IMG/VR virus record: IMGVR_UViG_3300021961_000019
DNA from: a virus
DNA: 64,000 nucleotides
Reading direction: 5' to 3' (one strand)
Under the pieces are notes generated by a model. That model had not been told where the DNA came from and ran no database searches. It worked only from the letters and a program-made list of their open reading frames with translations. This document shows positions 15,263 through 25,280 of the stretch, in pieces; the stretch's first letter is position 1, and the number at the start of each line of letters is the position of its first letter. A program made the position numbers and the translations under genes.

Positions 15263-15291
15263 AACGAAAGAGGTCCCCGAATATTCTTCAG

Positions 15292-15317
15292 TCTAGCAGA
15301 CTAGATTCGTTTGTCAA
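15292..15317 (-). promoter_or_regulatory. sigma70-type promoter for primase-nrd operon
   Basis: TTGACA-16nt-TAGACT with extended TGn. Confidence 0.55.
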
Positions 15318-15426
15318 GTATTTGGTGAGCCAATTCTGTGATGATTGATGTCCATTTTATCACAGAATTGGTGTTCTTCTGCAGCAAATATAATGATATC
15401 GGTTTTTCGGTTTTGACCTTTTTCAT
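15301..15426 (-). CDS. 41-aa hypothetical protein
   Basis: Read manually: MKKVKTEKPISLYLLQKNTNSVIKWTSIITELAHQILDKRI. Confidence 0.4.
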   Translation of the reverse strand: MKKVKTEKPISLYLLQKNTNSVIKWTSIITELAHQILDKRI

Positions 15427-15455
15427 AGTGGCATCGAAGCCCATTCTGGCATTAT

Positions 15456-15950
15456 TTAGATGTTGTCACTCACATTTTTATGCACAAGACTCTGATAAGG
15501 TCTTTCAACAGTTGTCCTTTCCATCCTTGCCTTTGGAATGGTATTTGTCCACACTCCAGATGCCAACTGAGACAGAGTAGCGGCAACTGTTACAAGAACT
15601 GCTCCAATTCCAATAACCATCCACTTAACTCTTGTGACATCATCAATCTTTTGTTCAAGATCATCCATGTCAGGAAGTTTATCCAACCTACTCTCCAATT
15701 CGTCAATCTTCTCTAGACAGAATTGAACTGATTCATCGTTTCTGTTACTAACATTATCAATAAGTGACTTCATGCTGTCACTATGCTTGTAAAACTGCTC
15801 AATTTTTTCATTCTGAACTGCCAGCATTTTCAGAATGTTTGAGTTTACATCGTTAATCTTATTGATCGCCCTCTCCAACTTATCCACAACCGTGACAAAA
15901 TCCACCAATCTCTGCTCCAAGATGGCTATTTTTATCTCTTCGTTTGGCAT
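15456..15950 (-). CDS. 164-aa coiled-coil protein with C-terminal TM segment
   Basis: Heptad-like composition, WMVIGIGAVLVTVAA; GATAAATA upstream. Confidence 0.8.
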   Translation of the reverse strand: MPNEEIKIAILEQRLVDFVTVVDKLERAINKINDVNSNILKMLAVQNEKIEQFYKHSDSMKSLIDNVSNRNDESVQFCLEKIDELESRLDKLPDMDDLEQKIDDVTRVKWMVIGIGAVLVTVAATLSQLASGVWTNTIPKARMERTTVERPYQSLVHKNVSDNI

Positions 15951-16016
15951 AGTCGTTTATGCGAAGTTTCTGCAACCCAAAGATCTTTTATTATTTTGAA
16001 TGGCACTAACGTATAT

Positions 16017-16232
16017 CTATTTATCCTCCAAGTCTTTCACCCATTTCTTGTATGTGTTGGAAACCTTTCGATAATCAACTTTCTTTCTTCTATTCATGAA
16101 CTTTAGAAGGGGATCAAATCCAGCAACAGGGCCCTCTGCTGGGGAGGATGCACTCATACCTCCCTGAGTTCCAGGGGCATTTGCCACCATCATTTCCCGA
16201 ATAGTTTGAATTACCCTATCAATCTTCTTCAT
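16017..16232 (-). CDS. 71-aa hypothetical protein
   Basis: Internal ATG MKKIDRVIQTIREM; G/P-rich core and basic tail. Confidence 0.65.
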   Translation of the reverse strand: MKKIDRVIQTIREMMVANAPGTQGGMSASSPAEGPVAGFDPLLKFMNRRKKVDYRKVSNTYKKWVKDLEDK

Positions 16233-16614
16233 CGTCCTTCTTGTAGATCTGTTGCAATTCTTTGTAGCAATCAAGGTCAATCGGAATATCATGAAAAAAG
16301 CATTTAGGGAACTCTGGCAGTCTATTCATAAACAGAATGAATGTTTTTGTGACTGACCACAGTTCCTGCTCCAACTTATAAAAAAGCATAGGAGTTGCTG
16401 CATCACCAAATATATTATATAAAATCATAAAGTGATTAATTAGAAGGTGAGTTTTTAGCTCACCCGTGCTTTTATATCGCTTTAAGAGTCTTTTAATATA
16501 TTTGAAATAATTAAGATCCTTATCAAAATCCTCTTTCGTTACTGATTGAGGATTTTGATAGTTCTTTATAGCGAATAATAGAAAATTATCACTGTTCAGT
16601 TCATTAAACTGCAT
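16219..16614 (-). CDS. 131-aa conserved T4-like phage hypothetical protein
   Basis: F.ELN.DNFLLFAIKNY.NP...F..DL..FKYIKRL pattern recalled from T4-like phages. Confidence 0.8.
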   Translation of the reverse strand: MQFNELNSDNFLLFAIKNYQNPQSVTKEDFDKDLNYFKYIKRLLKRYKSTGELKTHLLINHFMILYNIFGDAATPMLFYKLEQELWSVTKTFILFMNRLPEFPKCFFHDIPIDLDCYKELQQIYKKDDEED

Positions 16615-16635
16615 AAACCCCTATTCGCAATTTTA

Positions 16636-17379
16636 TCAAACGATCTCTAGTTGATCTGTACCAAGTCCAACGGAAGATCCACCAGATCCAGCACCGCCAA
16701 TGTGGCGAAGAAGATCTGCAGAGAATGTGCTAGTAACACCAGCGGCACCACTCATATCGGTGATGACTCCAACAAATCCGTAATCAAGATTGATGGAAAT
16801 CTTTTCACCAGGAAGATTTGGTGCAGTAAATGAGAATGAAACTCTGTTTGTAACCTGACCATTATAATCCGTAGATGCTCTCAGACCATAATTATTGAAA
16901 TGATTGTAAACTGTTCCAACACCATAGGAAACTGCAGTTGCAACAATTGCAGTGCTGTTGGAAACTAGAAGATCAATAGTTGCTCCGGCAGAAACATGCA
17001 CCAATTCGTTGAATACCAGATGAACATGTCCAGTTGCAAGAGTTCCAATACCCGAAGTTGCTCCACCATCAGCACTAATGATAGATGCTCTGTTTGGATC
17101 CTCAAAGAATACTGCAACAGGAGTTGCCAAACTGAGACCAGTTTCATTAGCTGCTGTACTTGTAGTATTGAGACCAGCAACGGATACTAAGACTTCATCG
17201 TAATAGTTCTGTGATGCACCAGAGTGCTCATCACTACCATATCTTCTATAAACCCAACCACGTTCGTCAGCAAAACAATTCCAAGGCGTATTTGTCCTGT
17301 CATTTTCGTCCAAATGCTTTGGAAGCGCATAATTATTTGCTACTGTTTCAGTGGTTGTCGAAATACCCCAAAGAGCCAT
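16636..17379 (-). CDS. 247-aa putative virion structural protein
   Basis: MALWG start, G/S/T-rich beta composition, TATAAATA at 17413-17420. Confidence 0.7.
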   Translation of the reverse strand: MALWGISTTTETVANNYALPKHLDENDRTNTPWNCFADERGWVYRRYGSDEHSGASQNYYDEVLVSVAGLNTTSTAANETGLSLATPVAVFFEDPNRASIISADGGATSGIGTLATGHVHLVFNELVHVSAGATIDLLVSNSTAIVATAVSYGVGTVYNHFNNYGLRASTDYNGQVTNRVSFSFTAPNLPGEKISINLDYGFVGVITDMSGAAGVTSTFSADLLRHIGGAGSGGSSVGLGTDQLEIV

Positions 17380-17473
17380 TTTACTTACCTGTCTATGAAA
17401 ATTGTGCTAAGAATATTTATAAAAAGAGGAGACCCAAAGATCTCCCCCGATGCTATACCCAAAATTAACTATC

Positions 17474-17689
17474 TCAAGGTGTTGGATCTACAGCACCTTT
17501 TTGCTTCAGAACCTCTTGTACTCTGAGGAGAAGGAAAGAAACAAGTCCGTTGGACTTGACCTTTGGCCATGCTCCAAGAAGTTCAGAGAGGATGAAAGCA
17601 ACTGTTGCAAGTGCTGCCTGATTTGCATGGACCCATGCAAGAATTGCGGCGAGTTCCATAAAATTACCTCCAATAGGTTGGATATCCAA
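17474..17689 (-). CDS. 71-aa small membrane protein
   Basis: Hydrophobic segments; GATAAATA upstream. Confidence 0.65.
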   Translation of the reverse strand: MDIQPIGGNFMELAAILAWVHANQAALATVAFILSELLGAWPKVKSNGLVSFLLLRVQEVLKQKGAVDPTP

Positions 17690-17691
17690 TA

Positions 17692-17964
17692 CTATTTATC
17701 CAAATTAGACTCGTATTTTTTAGTCTTTGGATTCCATTTCCTAACTTCACCCTTTCTCAAGGGTGGAGTGTCATCATGCCTCGTTTTCCAATGTTTACCA
17801 AATTTCATTCTCATCTTTCTTTCCAAATTCTCTCTCTCCGACTCATCATCTTTTTCACGTTCCCTAGAGGACAAATATCCTGCAAAAGGTTCACTAGTTT
17901 CATACCTCATATTTCTTCGGAAATAATCAATTACGAAGTCAATTTTCTTGTCGAAATTGTCCAT
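17692..17964 (-). CDS. 90-aa hypothetical protein
   Basis: ORF coupled to the 929-aa gene; PLRKGEVRKW motif. Confidence 0.65.
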   Translation of the reverse strand: MDNFDKKIDFVIDYFRRNMRYETSEPFAGYLSSREREKDDESERENLERKMRMKFGKHWKTRHDDTPPLRKGEVRKWNPKTKKYESNLDK

Positions 17965-20753
17965 CAGTCCCTCGCAGAATAATACTTCTCTCTTGCCTTT
18001 GCTTCTCCCCTCTCTTTGGAAGTATGACCATGCTTGATCACTCTATCAACCTGACGATTAGCCAGTCTACGTTGAGTCTCTGAAGGAGTTTCCTTCTGAC
18101 CTCTCACCTTTGGTTCTTGGCGGGATCCAGGAAACTTCGTCTCATGCTCCTTCTCTGCCCTGTGCTTGAGGTTGGTGATGCCCGCCTTAAGACGTTGCTC
18201 ACGACCCTTTCTTGCCGCTGCCAGCGACTTCATAGCGGCATCTCTACGTGCCTGCTTCGCGGCATCAGGTGCTGCCCCATGCCTATCTGCTGCTGTAGAC
18301 TCGCCAAGTTCTCCAAGTGCTTTTTGCTTACGAATCTTCTTAGGATTCTTGGTCTTGTCTGCAGAGTAGTTATTATCATCCTCATTATCAGGATCTACAG
18401 CACTACGATGTCTGGTGCGTCTTTCTTCATCATCCATATTTGCACGACTTCTCTTTGCTTCATCGGGAGAATATTTTCTACCGCTGTTGTACCATTCTTT
18501 ACCTACATGACCTCTCTTTTCAGCATCAGCAGATGCCTCTCTACGCTTATTCTTCTGACGATTTGCTTTGAAGTCTTTCATGGTCATGCCTTCTTCAAGT
18601 TCATCTTCAAACTCAACTTCCTCTGTATTCATAGGAAGTTTGTTTTGCTGTTGCAGTCTCAACTTCTGCTTCTCAAGTTGCTGCTTCTTCATTTGCAACC
18701 TCTTCATATTCTGAAGTTGCTGCTTCCTTAGATTTTCCTGTCGCTTGTCAGCACTAGTTTGAGTTGCTCTTACATCATCATCAGCGGTTGTTTCTTCCTG
18801 ATCAACAATTGCAGACTCTTTCACTTCAGGCAGTTCACTACGCTTAGTCTTAGCATAGTCACGAAGTTGCTTAGTGGTCATGGTTTTGGCCAGTTTGGCA
18901 ACTGTCACAGAAGGTGCTTCCATTTCACCCGTCTTGGTTGCATATGCCATACCCATCAGTTTTTGCTGCTTAGCAGAAACTGCTTCTTCCTTCATAGCAT
19001 CAGCAACTCTTTGTGCTGCCTTTCTAATACCACGCTTCAGAGAAGTCTTTGCTCTCTGAACCTTTGGTTCTGCAGCAACCTTCAATTCTCTTGCCTTATT
19101 ATATGCCTTCACGGCAAGTTTTCCAAGAATTTCTTTTGCTCTTGACTTGACACTTCTCTTTTTGGGGCCCTCTGTATCATGACCATAAGTTACTGTTGCC
19201 TCAATAAGTGCTTCGCTTGCAAGGTCAAGATCATATCCTTCAAGAACCAATTCTTCCAGAATTTGCTCAATATCAAACTCCTCTCTATTAAGTTGCTTTT
19301 TCTCAGCAGGAGTTAAAGCACCTCTCTGTGCTCCTCTTGCTGCTTGCTTTGACTTCACCTTAGGATCATCAGACTTGTGACCATATCCATGGAGACCAGG
19401 GGAAGAAGAAGTGGTCTTACGGAAATCACCTCTTTGTGCTCTGGCAAGATTTTGTCTCTGCTTTTCTTTATTAGCATCACCAAAGGTTGGTCTGTCTGCT
19501 AGTTTGGTTGCTCTATCAGCAGCCTCACCGCCACCAGTTGACTTAGCAATCTTATTACGAATTGCGGTCTCATCATGACCACGTTTCGCCATCGCGGTTG
19601 CTTCATCAATTTCTGAGACCAGAGGATCTGGTGTAATCAAATCAACAAATTCAACATAGTCATTTCCATTTGCATCCTGAATAGTGACAGACTCTTTGGG
19701 AACACAATTCGGGACCTTTTTACCACCCTTCTTCTTCATTCCTACTTGCTGATATCCATCCCAACAAGGATCATCACTCACTTCTTTTGCCTCAAGAACC
19801 ACTCCACCAATCTCAGAAATTGCGGCAGTCACTTCCTCAGTCTTGAGGTTTGGGTTGAGGATGACTTTATTGTTTACCTTCTTTTCCTTAATTTCATTTT
19901 CACCCTCATCTTCCTTTGGAGCAACTACTTCACGAAGATCATTTCTCCAGTTTGAGAAGGCTTCCTTTCTTACTTTCTTTTCCTTCGCTGGGTTTGGTTT
20001 TACTGCCTTTCCACCGGGAGGATTATTCTTACCAGAAACACCCCTATTTGCTTCTGCTTCGTCATGATCAAAGTCAGGATCCTCCATAGGATCATACCAC
20101 CCTTTACCCTCACTTACACCATGAGACTTATCTTTAGCAATCGCAGCAGAACGCTTTTGTCTACGATTCAAAAGATACTTATCTGTCTTATCATGGTCGC
20201 CATCATTATCAATATCCTTATCCTCTTTGCCAACGGGATCAAGACCCTTACCAGACTTTACTTTTGCAGTTTGTTCACCACGCGATGCTTCTGCATCATA
20301 TGCCTTTCCATAGTGGGTCATTTCGACCGACTTAATATTTGGATTTGCACGAAGTTGACTAATCTTTTCGCGGGTTGCTCTTCTAACGTAACTTCTACCA
20401 GTTTCCTTATCAGTAACACGAATCTGATATTTCTCAACTGGACCTTCCTTCTCTTCCTTAACTGGAGAGGGGTTTACCAGACCCAACTTTTCCTTAACAG
20501 CAAGTTTCTCAGGACCGGTCATAGTTGTATGACCCATATACTGACCATATGCCTGATCTACCTTAACACCTTCTCTCTTAGAGCGATATCTAATATCATA
20601 TACCGCTTGACGAACACGTTTAGCGGATGATTCTTCATCATCCTTACCCTTCTCAACATGCTTGCCAGAATCAGATCTTGACTTACCTAACTTAGGTTCA
20701 AAGACCTCTTTCATATAAACATCAGAGATCGCATTTAGAGGATTGACGGTCAT
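17964..20753 (-). CDS. 929-aa modular low-complexity late protein (putative internal head polyprotein)
   Basis: Basic modules separated by Glu-rich linkers; CATAAATA at 20785-20792. Confidence 0.85.
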   Translation of the reverse strand: MTVNPLNAISDVYMKEVFEPKLGKSRSDSGKHVEKGKDDEESSAKRVRQAVYDIRYRSKREGVKVDQAYGQYMGHTTMTGPEKLAVKEKLGLVNPSPVKEEKEGPVEKYQIRVTDKETGRSYVRRATREKISQLRANPNIKSVEMTHYGKAYDAEASRGEQTAKVKSGKGLDPVGKEDKDIDNDGDHDKTDKYLLNRRQKRSAAIAKDKSHGVSEGKGWYDPMEDPDFDHDEAEANRGVSGKNNPPGGKAVKPNPAKEKKVRKEAFSNWRNDLREVVAPKEDEGENEIKEKKVNNKVILNPNLKTEEVTAAISEIGGVVLEAKEVSDDPCWDGYQQVGMKKKGGKKVPNCVPKESVTIQDANGNDYVEFVDLITPDPLVSEIDEATAMAKRGHDETAIRNKIAKSTGGGEAADRATKLADRPTFGDANKEKQRQNLARAQRGDFRKTTSSSPGLHGYGHKSDDPKVKSKQAARGAQRGALTPAEKKQLNREEFDIEQILEELVLEGYDLDLASEALIEATVTYGHDTEGPKKRSVKSRAKEILGKLAVKAYNKARELKVAAEPKVQRAKTSLKRGIRKAAQRVADAMKEEAVSAKQQKLMGMAYATKTGEMEAPSVTVAKLAKTMTTKQLRDYAKTKRSELPEVKESAIVDQEETTADDDVRATQTSADKRQENLRKQQLQNMKRLQMKKQQLEKQKLRLQQQNKLPMNTEEVEFEDELEEGMTMKDFKANRQKNKRREASADAEKRGHVGKEWYNSGRKYSPDEAKRSRANMDDEERRTRHRSAVDPDNEDDNNYSADKTKNPKKIRKQKALGELGESTAADRHGAAPDAAKQARRDAAMKSLAAARKGREQRLKAGITNLKHRAEKEHETKFPGSRQEPKVRGQKETPSETQRRLANRQVDRVIKHGHTSKERGEAKAREKYYSARD

Positions 20754-20767
20754 TTTTCAACGCTGTG

Positions 20768-21973
20768 CTATTTCTTCTTATACTTATTTATGAAATTTTT
20801 AATACTCTTGGTTTGAGTCATACGCATCAAATATTTTAGAAGAGAATCAGTTCCAACCAATCTTTTATCAGATGAGACTCCAGATTGATCGGTCCATTCA
20901 ACAACATCACGAATCCAAGGTTTGAATAGAATATTATCCTCAGTCACACAAATCAAATAATTTGCACCTCTGCGAATGATCTTACCAACAAATCCAGTAT
21001 TAAGGTTCTCAACAACATCCCCAACATTAAAAATATTTCCCCTGATATATTCATCTCTCAATCCATTGGAATCATATTTTGGAGCAATTTCCCACAAACT
21101 ATACGACTCAGAAACCTTCATACTCTTTCTAAGAGTATTATAAAGTTGTTTTGTAGTTTCGTCATCCAAAGTGGAAGGAACTCCCTTTCGGAAAGTTGCA
21201 AAGTCTCCCTCTGCTGCTGCCTTCCTCAATTTAGATGCTGACATACCACTCACATCATCAGCATCCGGATCACGTTCTCCAGCAGAAACTACCTGAATAT
21301 CTTTGAAGTCATACAACTTACCATTATATTCTGTAGACAATTTCTCAAACTCTGATTGGCGATCACTTCCCACAACAATATTAACTGAAGAATAACCGTC
21401 AGCATGTGCTTGCTTGAGAACATCAAAAATGGTCTTTGACTTCACATCGTTCACAATTCTCTCACCATGCTTTGGATACATTTTACGCATTACTGCAATT
21501 TTAGTATCCGGATCTAATGGATTTTTCTTTGAATCACTAGATCTAGACGGATAGATTTTATAGTCCCCCTTACCAGCAACGGTTGCAACTCTATCCAACA
21601 ACTTTTCATGTCCGGTAGTTGGGGGGTTAAATCTACCGAAAGCAATAGTGAGTGTTCCCTTATCTTCAACCTCTTCTTCACCACCCTCAGGTTGCTGAGA
21701 TTGTGCCTGAGGTTGCGGTGCTTGTGGGGCAGATTGTTGAACTTGAGTAGCGGCGATTTGTTGATTCGCAGATGTTCTTTCCTGAGGAGGATCCTGTCCA
21801 GGTCTCTGATTTTTATTATAAAACTTTAATTTACCACCCTCAGTTTTTGCTACAAACTCTCCGTCTTTATCATACCACCCACCATGACCATCTCCAGTCA
21901 GTCCAAGCCGTCTTGCTTGCATAACTGCCTGTGATTTGCCTGCTTCGGAAAGAAATCGGGAAAAACTTTTCAT
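20768..21973 (-). CDS. HIGH-superfamily nucleotidyltransferase (cytidylyltransferase-like)
   Basis: GRFNPPTTGH and MSASKLR motifs; N-terminus MKSFSRFLSE; two TATAAATA boxes upstream. Confidence 0.88.
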   Translation of the reverse strand: MKSFSRFLSEAGKSQAVMQARRLGLTGDGHGGWYDKDGEFVAKTEGGKLKFYNKNQRPGQDPPQERTSANQQIAATQVQQSAPQAPQPQAQSQQPEGGEEEVEDKGTLTIAFGRFNPPTTGHEKLLDRVATVAGKGDYKIYPSRSSDSKKNPLDPDTKIAVMRKMYPKHGERIVNDVKSKTIFDVLKQAHADGYSSVNIVVGSDRQSEFEKLSTEYNGKLYDFKDIQVVSAGERDPDADDVSGMSASKLRKAAAEGDFATFRKGVPSTLDDETTKQLYNTLRKSMKVSESYSLWEIAPKYDSNGLRDEYIRGNIFNVGDVVENLNTGFVGKIIRRGANYLICVTEDNILFKPWIRDVVEWTDQSGVSSDKRLVGTDSLLKYLMRMTQTKSIKNFINKYKKK

Positions 21974-22003
21974 ATTTATAATTCTTGCATTTTTATTTAT
22001 ATT

Positions 22004-23197
22004 TCAATCAGATGACCAATTTTTATCTGCGGTAAAGTTTGCTCGCGAAAATTCAAGTCTATCAACAAGTTTTAAGGCAGATCCAGATTTGATTGCAACA
22101 AATCCCTCTGGCGCAGTAACTTTGTATCCATCACCAGTTCTCAGGAATGTTCCAAAGTCCTTCACCATTTCAAGTTTACGAATTACAATATTTTTTGCCT
22201 TCTGCAAATTAATATAAGAAGCGACTGTAAAATATACAGATCTGCTATTCTTGGTCAAGAAGGTTAATCCATCTGCCTTAATCTTTGCATATTTATCTCT
22301 AGCAGCAGGAGTTTTTTTACTACCAATCTCCTTATCCAAAAGTGAAGAATAGTAAGTCTTGAATCCTTCAGAAACTTTTTTCACATTAGTGATAGGGTTG
22401 CCAGACCGAATGTATGTATTGAAATATTGCTTAAACAAAGTGGATAGTAAGAATTTACCATCACCAGTCTCACCCAAAATATCTAAAAATGCAGATGCTT
22501 GCTTCAAAGATCCAGTCGCCATATTTACGGCAGACTTATATTTTTGATGCTCAGTTGGTGAAAAATTAGCAGCGCCGGAAGCATCACTAAATGATGCTGT
22601 TGCAGCATAAACATCAGGACAATCTTGGAATTTAGAAATGTCCACACCAAAGGATGCATTCATACTTTCCAAAGATGATCCACTATATTCAGTATGAAAA
22701 ACAATTCCAACTTTTGCCCTTGAGATTTTAGATCCAAGTTTCGAATCAACCGGGACAGTATATACAATAGTATTTGGTTGGAAACTATGAACTCGTTCTC
22801 CAGCAATTGTCTTAATACTCACATCATCCGTGAAAAGAAGGTCTCCCTGAATTACATTTGTAATTCCAAGTTTGGGAAGATGCTCTAGACATGCCTTTAG
22901 TTTAGATGCTAGTTGCCCAGAATAATTTTGATCTATATCGCCGGAAGTAAACATCAACTTCGGATTTGTTTTTGCAAAAACAGATTTTGTTCCAACAAAA
23001 AAGCATCCTGTGACAGGTTCAATTCCACAGATTACGGCAGGTGCTCCATCCCACTTTGTTGTGATGCGGATAGAAGATCTTGGTTCCGTGAGCATAGTTC
23101 CAAGCTCATTTAAAAATGTAATTGCATTTTTTCCGCCAGCAGAACCATGATTTAAAATATCATCTTCAAGGTGTTCAAGGTGAGTGTTTTTTGCCAT
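22004..23197 (-). CDS. 397-aa conserved phage protein (DUF6267-like) with ligase-like motifs
   Basis: MAKNTHLEHLED start; KWDG, QGD, EGFV and LKLVDR motifs. Confidence 0.85.
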   Translation of the reverse strand: MAKNTHLEHLEDDILNHGSAGGKNAITFLNELGTMLTEPRSSIRITTKWDGAPAVICGIEPVTGCFFVGTKSVFAKTNPKLMFTSGDIDQNYSGQLASKLKACLEHLPKLGITNVIQGDLLFTDDVSIKTIAGERVHSFQPNTIVYTVPVDSKLGSKISRAKVGIVFHTEYSGSSLESMNASFGVDISKFQDCPDVYAATASFSDASGAANFSPTEHQKYKSAVNMATGSLKQASAFLDILGETGDGKFLLSTLFKQYFNTYIRSGNPITNVKKVSEGFKTYYSSLLDKEIGSKKTPAARDKYAKIKADGLTFLTKNSRSVYFTVASYINLQKAKNIVIRKLEMVKDFGTFLRTGDGYKVTAPEGFVAIKSGSALKLVDRLEFSRANFTADKNWSSD

Positions 23198-24501
23198 CAG
23201 TTAATAAGTCTCCTAATATTTGCAAACTGTCCTTTCAATAGGTGCTTTAGTTCCGGTGCGATTGTGGCAAAGAATTGTGGTTGAGAATGGAAATCCCCCT
23301 TGTATCGAAGTTCCACACAAAGAAGTCTAAATTCTCCCTTGAAAACATCAAAGAAAACCTTGGCAGCATCTGCCTTTTCCGTCTTGTCTGTATCCAGTTT
23401 AATATGGGCAGACTCCTTTGACAGGGCTGCTAGGACACATTGAACACTGTCTATCCCGATGGCATCGCCAGATCCCATACTGATATTTCCTTTTTTACAT
23501 TCACCAACACCAGTGACCAACACAAATTCAAATTTGTTCTGAACTAGATCCTCCAGTGTATCCTGCAACCTACTCTTAAGAACAAGATTGATTAGAGAAT
23601 CTGCGAATAAATCCGCATGTTCATCCATAATGTCAAGGAAACCTTTATATAAAGGATTGACTGTATTACCAATGCTCTGCAACTTCTTATTCACATAGTC
23701 TCGCATATCATTATGCGCTTTGGACTCGGAAGCAACTAATGATGGATCATCGCTAATTGCACGAACATCCTTAATATTAATCAGGAACACATATTCAGTT
23801 TTATTTGCCTTTCTTCTTGGAACCTTCGCATTCCACAATTGCTCATCAGTTGCAGTATTCCAATTATCCACACGATCAATCTTACCAATCAATTTTAATG
23901 GACCATCTTCCTTTGCTTCGCGGATCACACCTGCAAAGAATTTTTGTCTATGCGCCAACAATTCAGTCTTCACAGTATTAAACTTAGTGCCCTCCATCAG
24001 GGTGTCAAACGCCTTGTTAATAATTGTTGGATCTTGTGCTGTCGATTTTGGTTTCTTCTTCAGCGAAATGCCAACATAATGATCAGTTCCGTATCTAAAA
24101 ATAACATCGGATGAATTATAATCTGCCATTCCAAAAGCATTAATCTTAAACTTCTGAACCTCTGTTGGCCAACGAGTTCCAGTTAAAAATACTTTGGTTG
24201 GACTTGCTGCTGAAATAGTATCATAAGCATCTGTCTTTAGATATGAGCGAATTGCTTTCATCGCTGACATACCAACAAGTAGATCAGTATATACTTGATC
24301 AGTATTGCTGCCATCGAGTCTCATCTTCTTGAGGAAATCGTTCTTAACGTTTCCAATTCCCTCAACATTAGTTCCTTCAACATTTGCAATCACATCATTA
24401 AGTAATGCTTGCAGTTTGTTTGTGTCTCTGGCAGCTGCGTTTATTTCGGTGTCACTAATGAAGGCAACTCCAGCCAACATTCCTTCAGATGGTTCAGCCA
24501 T
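23197..24501 (-). CDS. 434-aa protein with putative PD-(D/E)XK nuclease motif
   Basis: SSDVIF...GISLKK; its stop overlaps the start of the next gene; AATAAATA at 24523-24530. Confidence 0.8.
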   Translation of the reverse strand: MAEPSEGMLAGVAFISDTEINAAARDTNKLQALLNDVIANVEGTNVEGIGNVKNDFLKKMRLDGSNTDQVYTDLLVGMSAMKAIRSYLKTDAYDTISAASPTKVFLTGTRWPTEVQKFKINAFGMADYNSSDVIFRYGTDHYVGISLKKKPKSTAQDPTIINKAFDTLMEGTKFNTVKTELLAHRQKFFAGVIREAKEDGPLKLIGKIDRVDNWNTATDEQLWNAKVPRRKANKTEYVFLINIKDVRAISDDPSLVASESKAHNDMRDYVNKKLQSIGNTVNPLYKGFLDIMDEHADLFADSLINLVLKSRLQDTLEDLVQNKFEFVLVTGVGECKKGNISMGSGDAIGIDSVQCVLAALSKESAHIKLDTDKTEKADAAKVFFDVFKGEFRLLCVELRYKGDFHSQPQFFATIAPELKHLLKGQFANIRRLIN

Positions 24502-24537
24502 TCTTACTATTGTGTTTTGTCCTATTTATTTAATCAT

Positions 24538-24560
24538 AAAAAAACCCCCCGGAGGGGGGG
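24538..24560 (-). terminator. Intrinsic terminator
   Basis: CCCCCC-TCC-GGGGGG followed by a T run. Confidence 0.65.
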
Positions 24561-24565
24561 GTGAT

Positions 24566-24859
24566 CTATGCAGCAGATTCGGAATAGAATCGGAGACTAT
24601 ACACATCACCTTCTCTACTAACCGAATTCAATGTTCTAAATGCTTCAGGTCTTTTTTCAAAGATAGAACTAACCTCAGAAACACCTTGGAAACGACGAAC
24701 TCGGCACCTAGTTCCATCAGGAAGATCACCAATCACAAATTCAGAAAAGTAATCTTTCACCTCATTACAAACACCCCTAAGTTCATCATCAACTTCTTGT
24801 GAAGATTCAACCCACTCCATCCACTCTTGAAAATTGTCAGTTTGTGCGCAACTCATCAC
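24566..24859 (-). CDS. 97-aa hypothetical protein
   Basis: ORF overlapping the mazG stop. Confidence 0.65.
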   Translation of the reverse strand: MMSCAQTDNFQEWMEWVESSQEVDDELRGVCNEVKDYFSEFVIGDLPDGTRCRVRRFQGVSEVSSIFEKRPEAFRTLNSVSREGDVYSLRFYSESAA

Positions 24860-25269
24860 AAATCTCCTTCAATACGATTTTCGGAACGATAAACTCTAAA
24901 AGCACCTTCGGGATAACGAGCACTCAGTTTCTCAACATTCATAGAGAGAATTTCGTTAAAGTCAGTATCAAGTGCCATACATGCTTGAGCAAGATACCAA
25001 CACATATCACCAAGTTCCCGTTTCATATGAAAAACATTCTCCTCATTATAGGGTTTCCCTTGTAGGAAGATCTTTTTCACAACTTCAGTAAATTCACCCG
25101 CTTCAGCAGTCAGACCAAGAGCAGCGGTCAGCAGTTGGGGAACATTTGCTCCAAGTTCACCCAGTTCAGCAAGACGTGCCTCTAAAACATCCGGACTGAG
25201 ACTTGGTGCGCTAGTAACACCCCGAACAAACTCAATATACATCTTTTGGTCTACAACCTTTTCACTCAT
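24856..25269 (-). CDS. mazG: MazG-like nucleotide pyrophosphohydrolase (phage type)
   Basis: GLTAEAGEFTEVVKK...RELGDMCWY...N..KL..RYP. Confidence 0.93.
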   Translation of the reverse strand: MSEKVVDQKMYIEFVRGVTSAPSLSPDVLEARLAELGELGANVPQLLTAALGLTAEAGEFTEVVKKIFLQGKPYNEENVFHMKRELGDMCWYLAQACMALDTDFNEILSMNVEKLSARYPEGAFRVYRSENRIEGDL

Positions 25270-25280
25270 TACACATCCTC

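Noticed and set aside
18117-19145. Long plus-strand ORFs antisense to the 929-aa gene
   Set aside because: Leu/Cys/Phe-rich shadows of a Lys/Glu/Gln-rich sense gene, with no RBS or promoter
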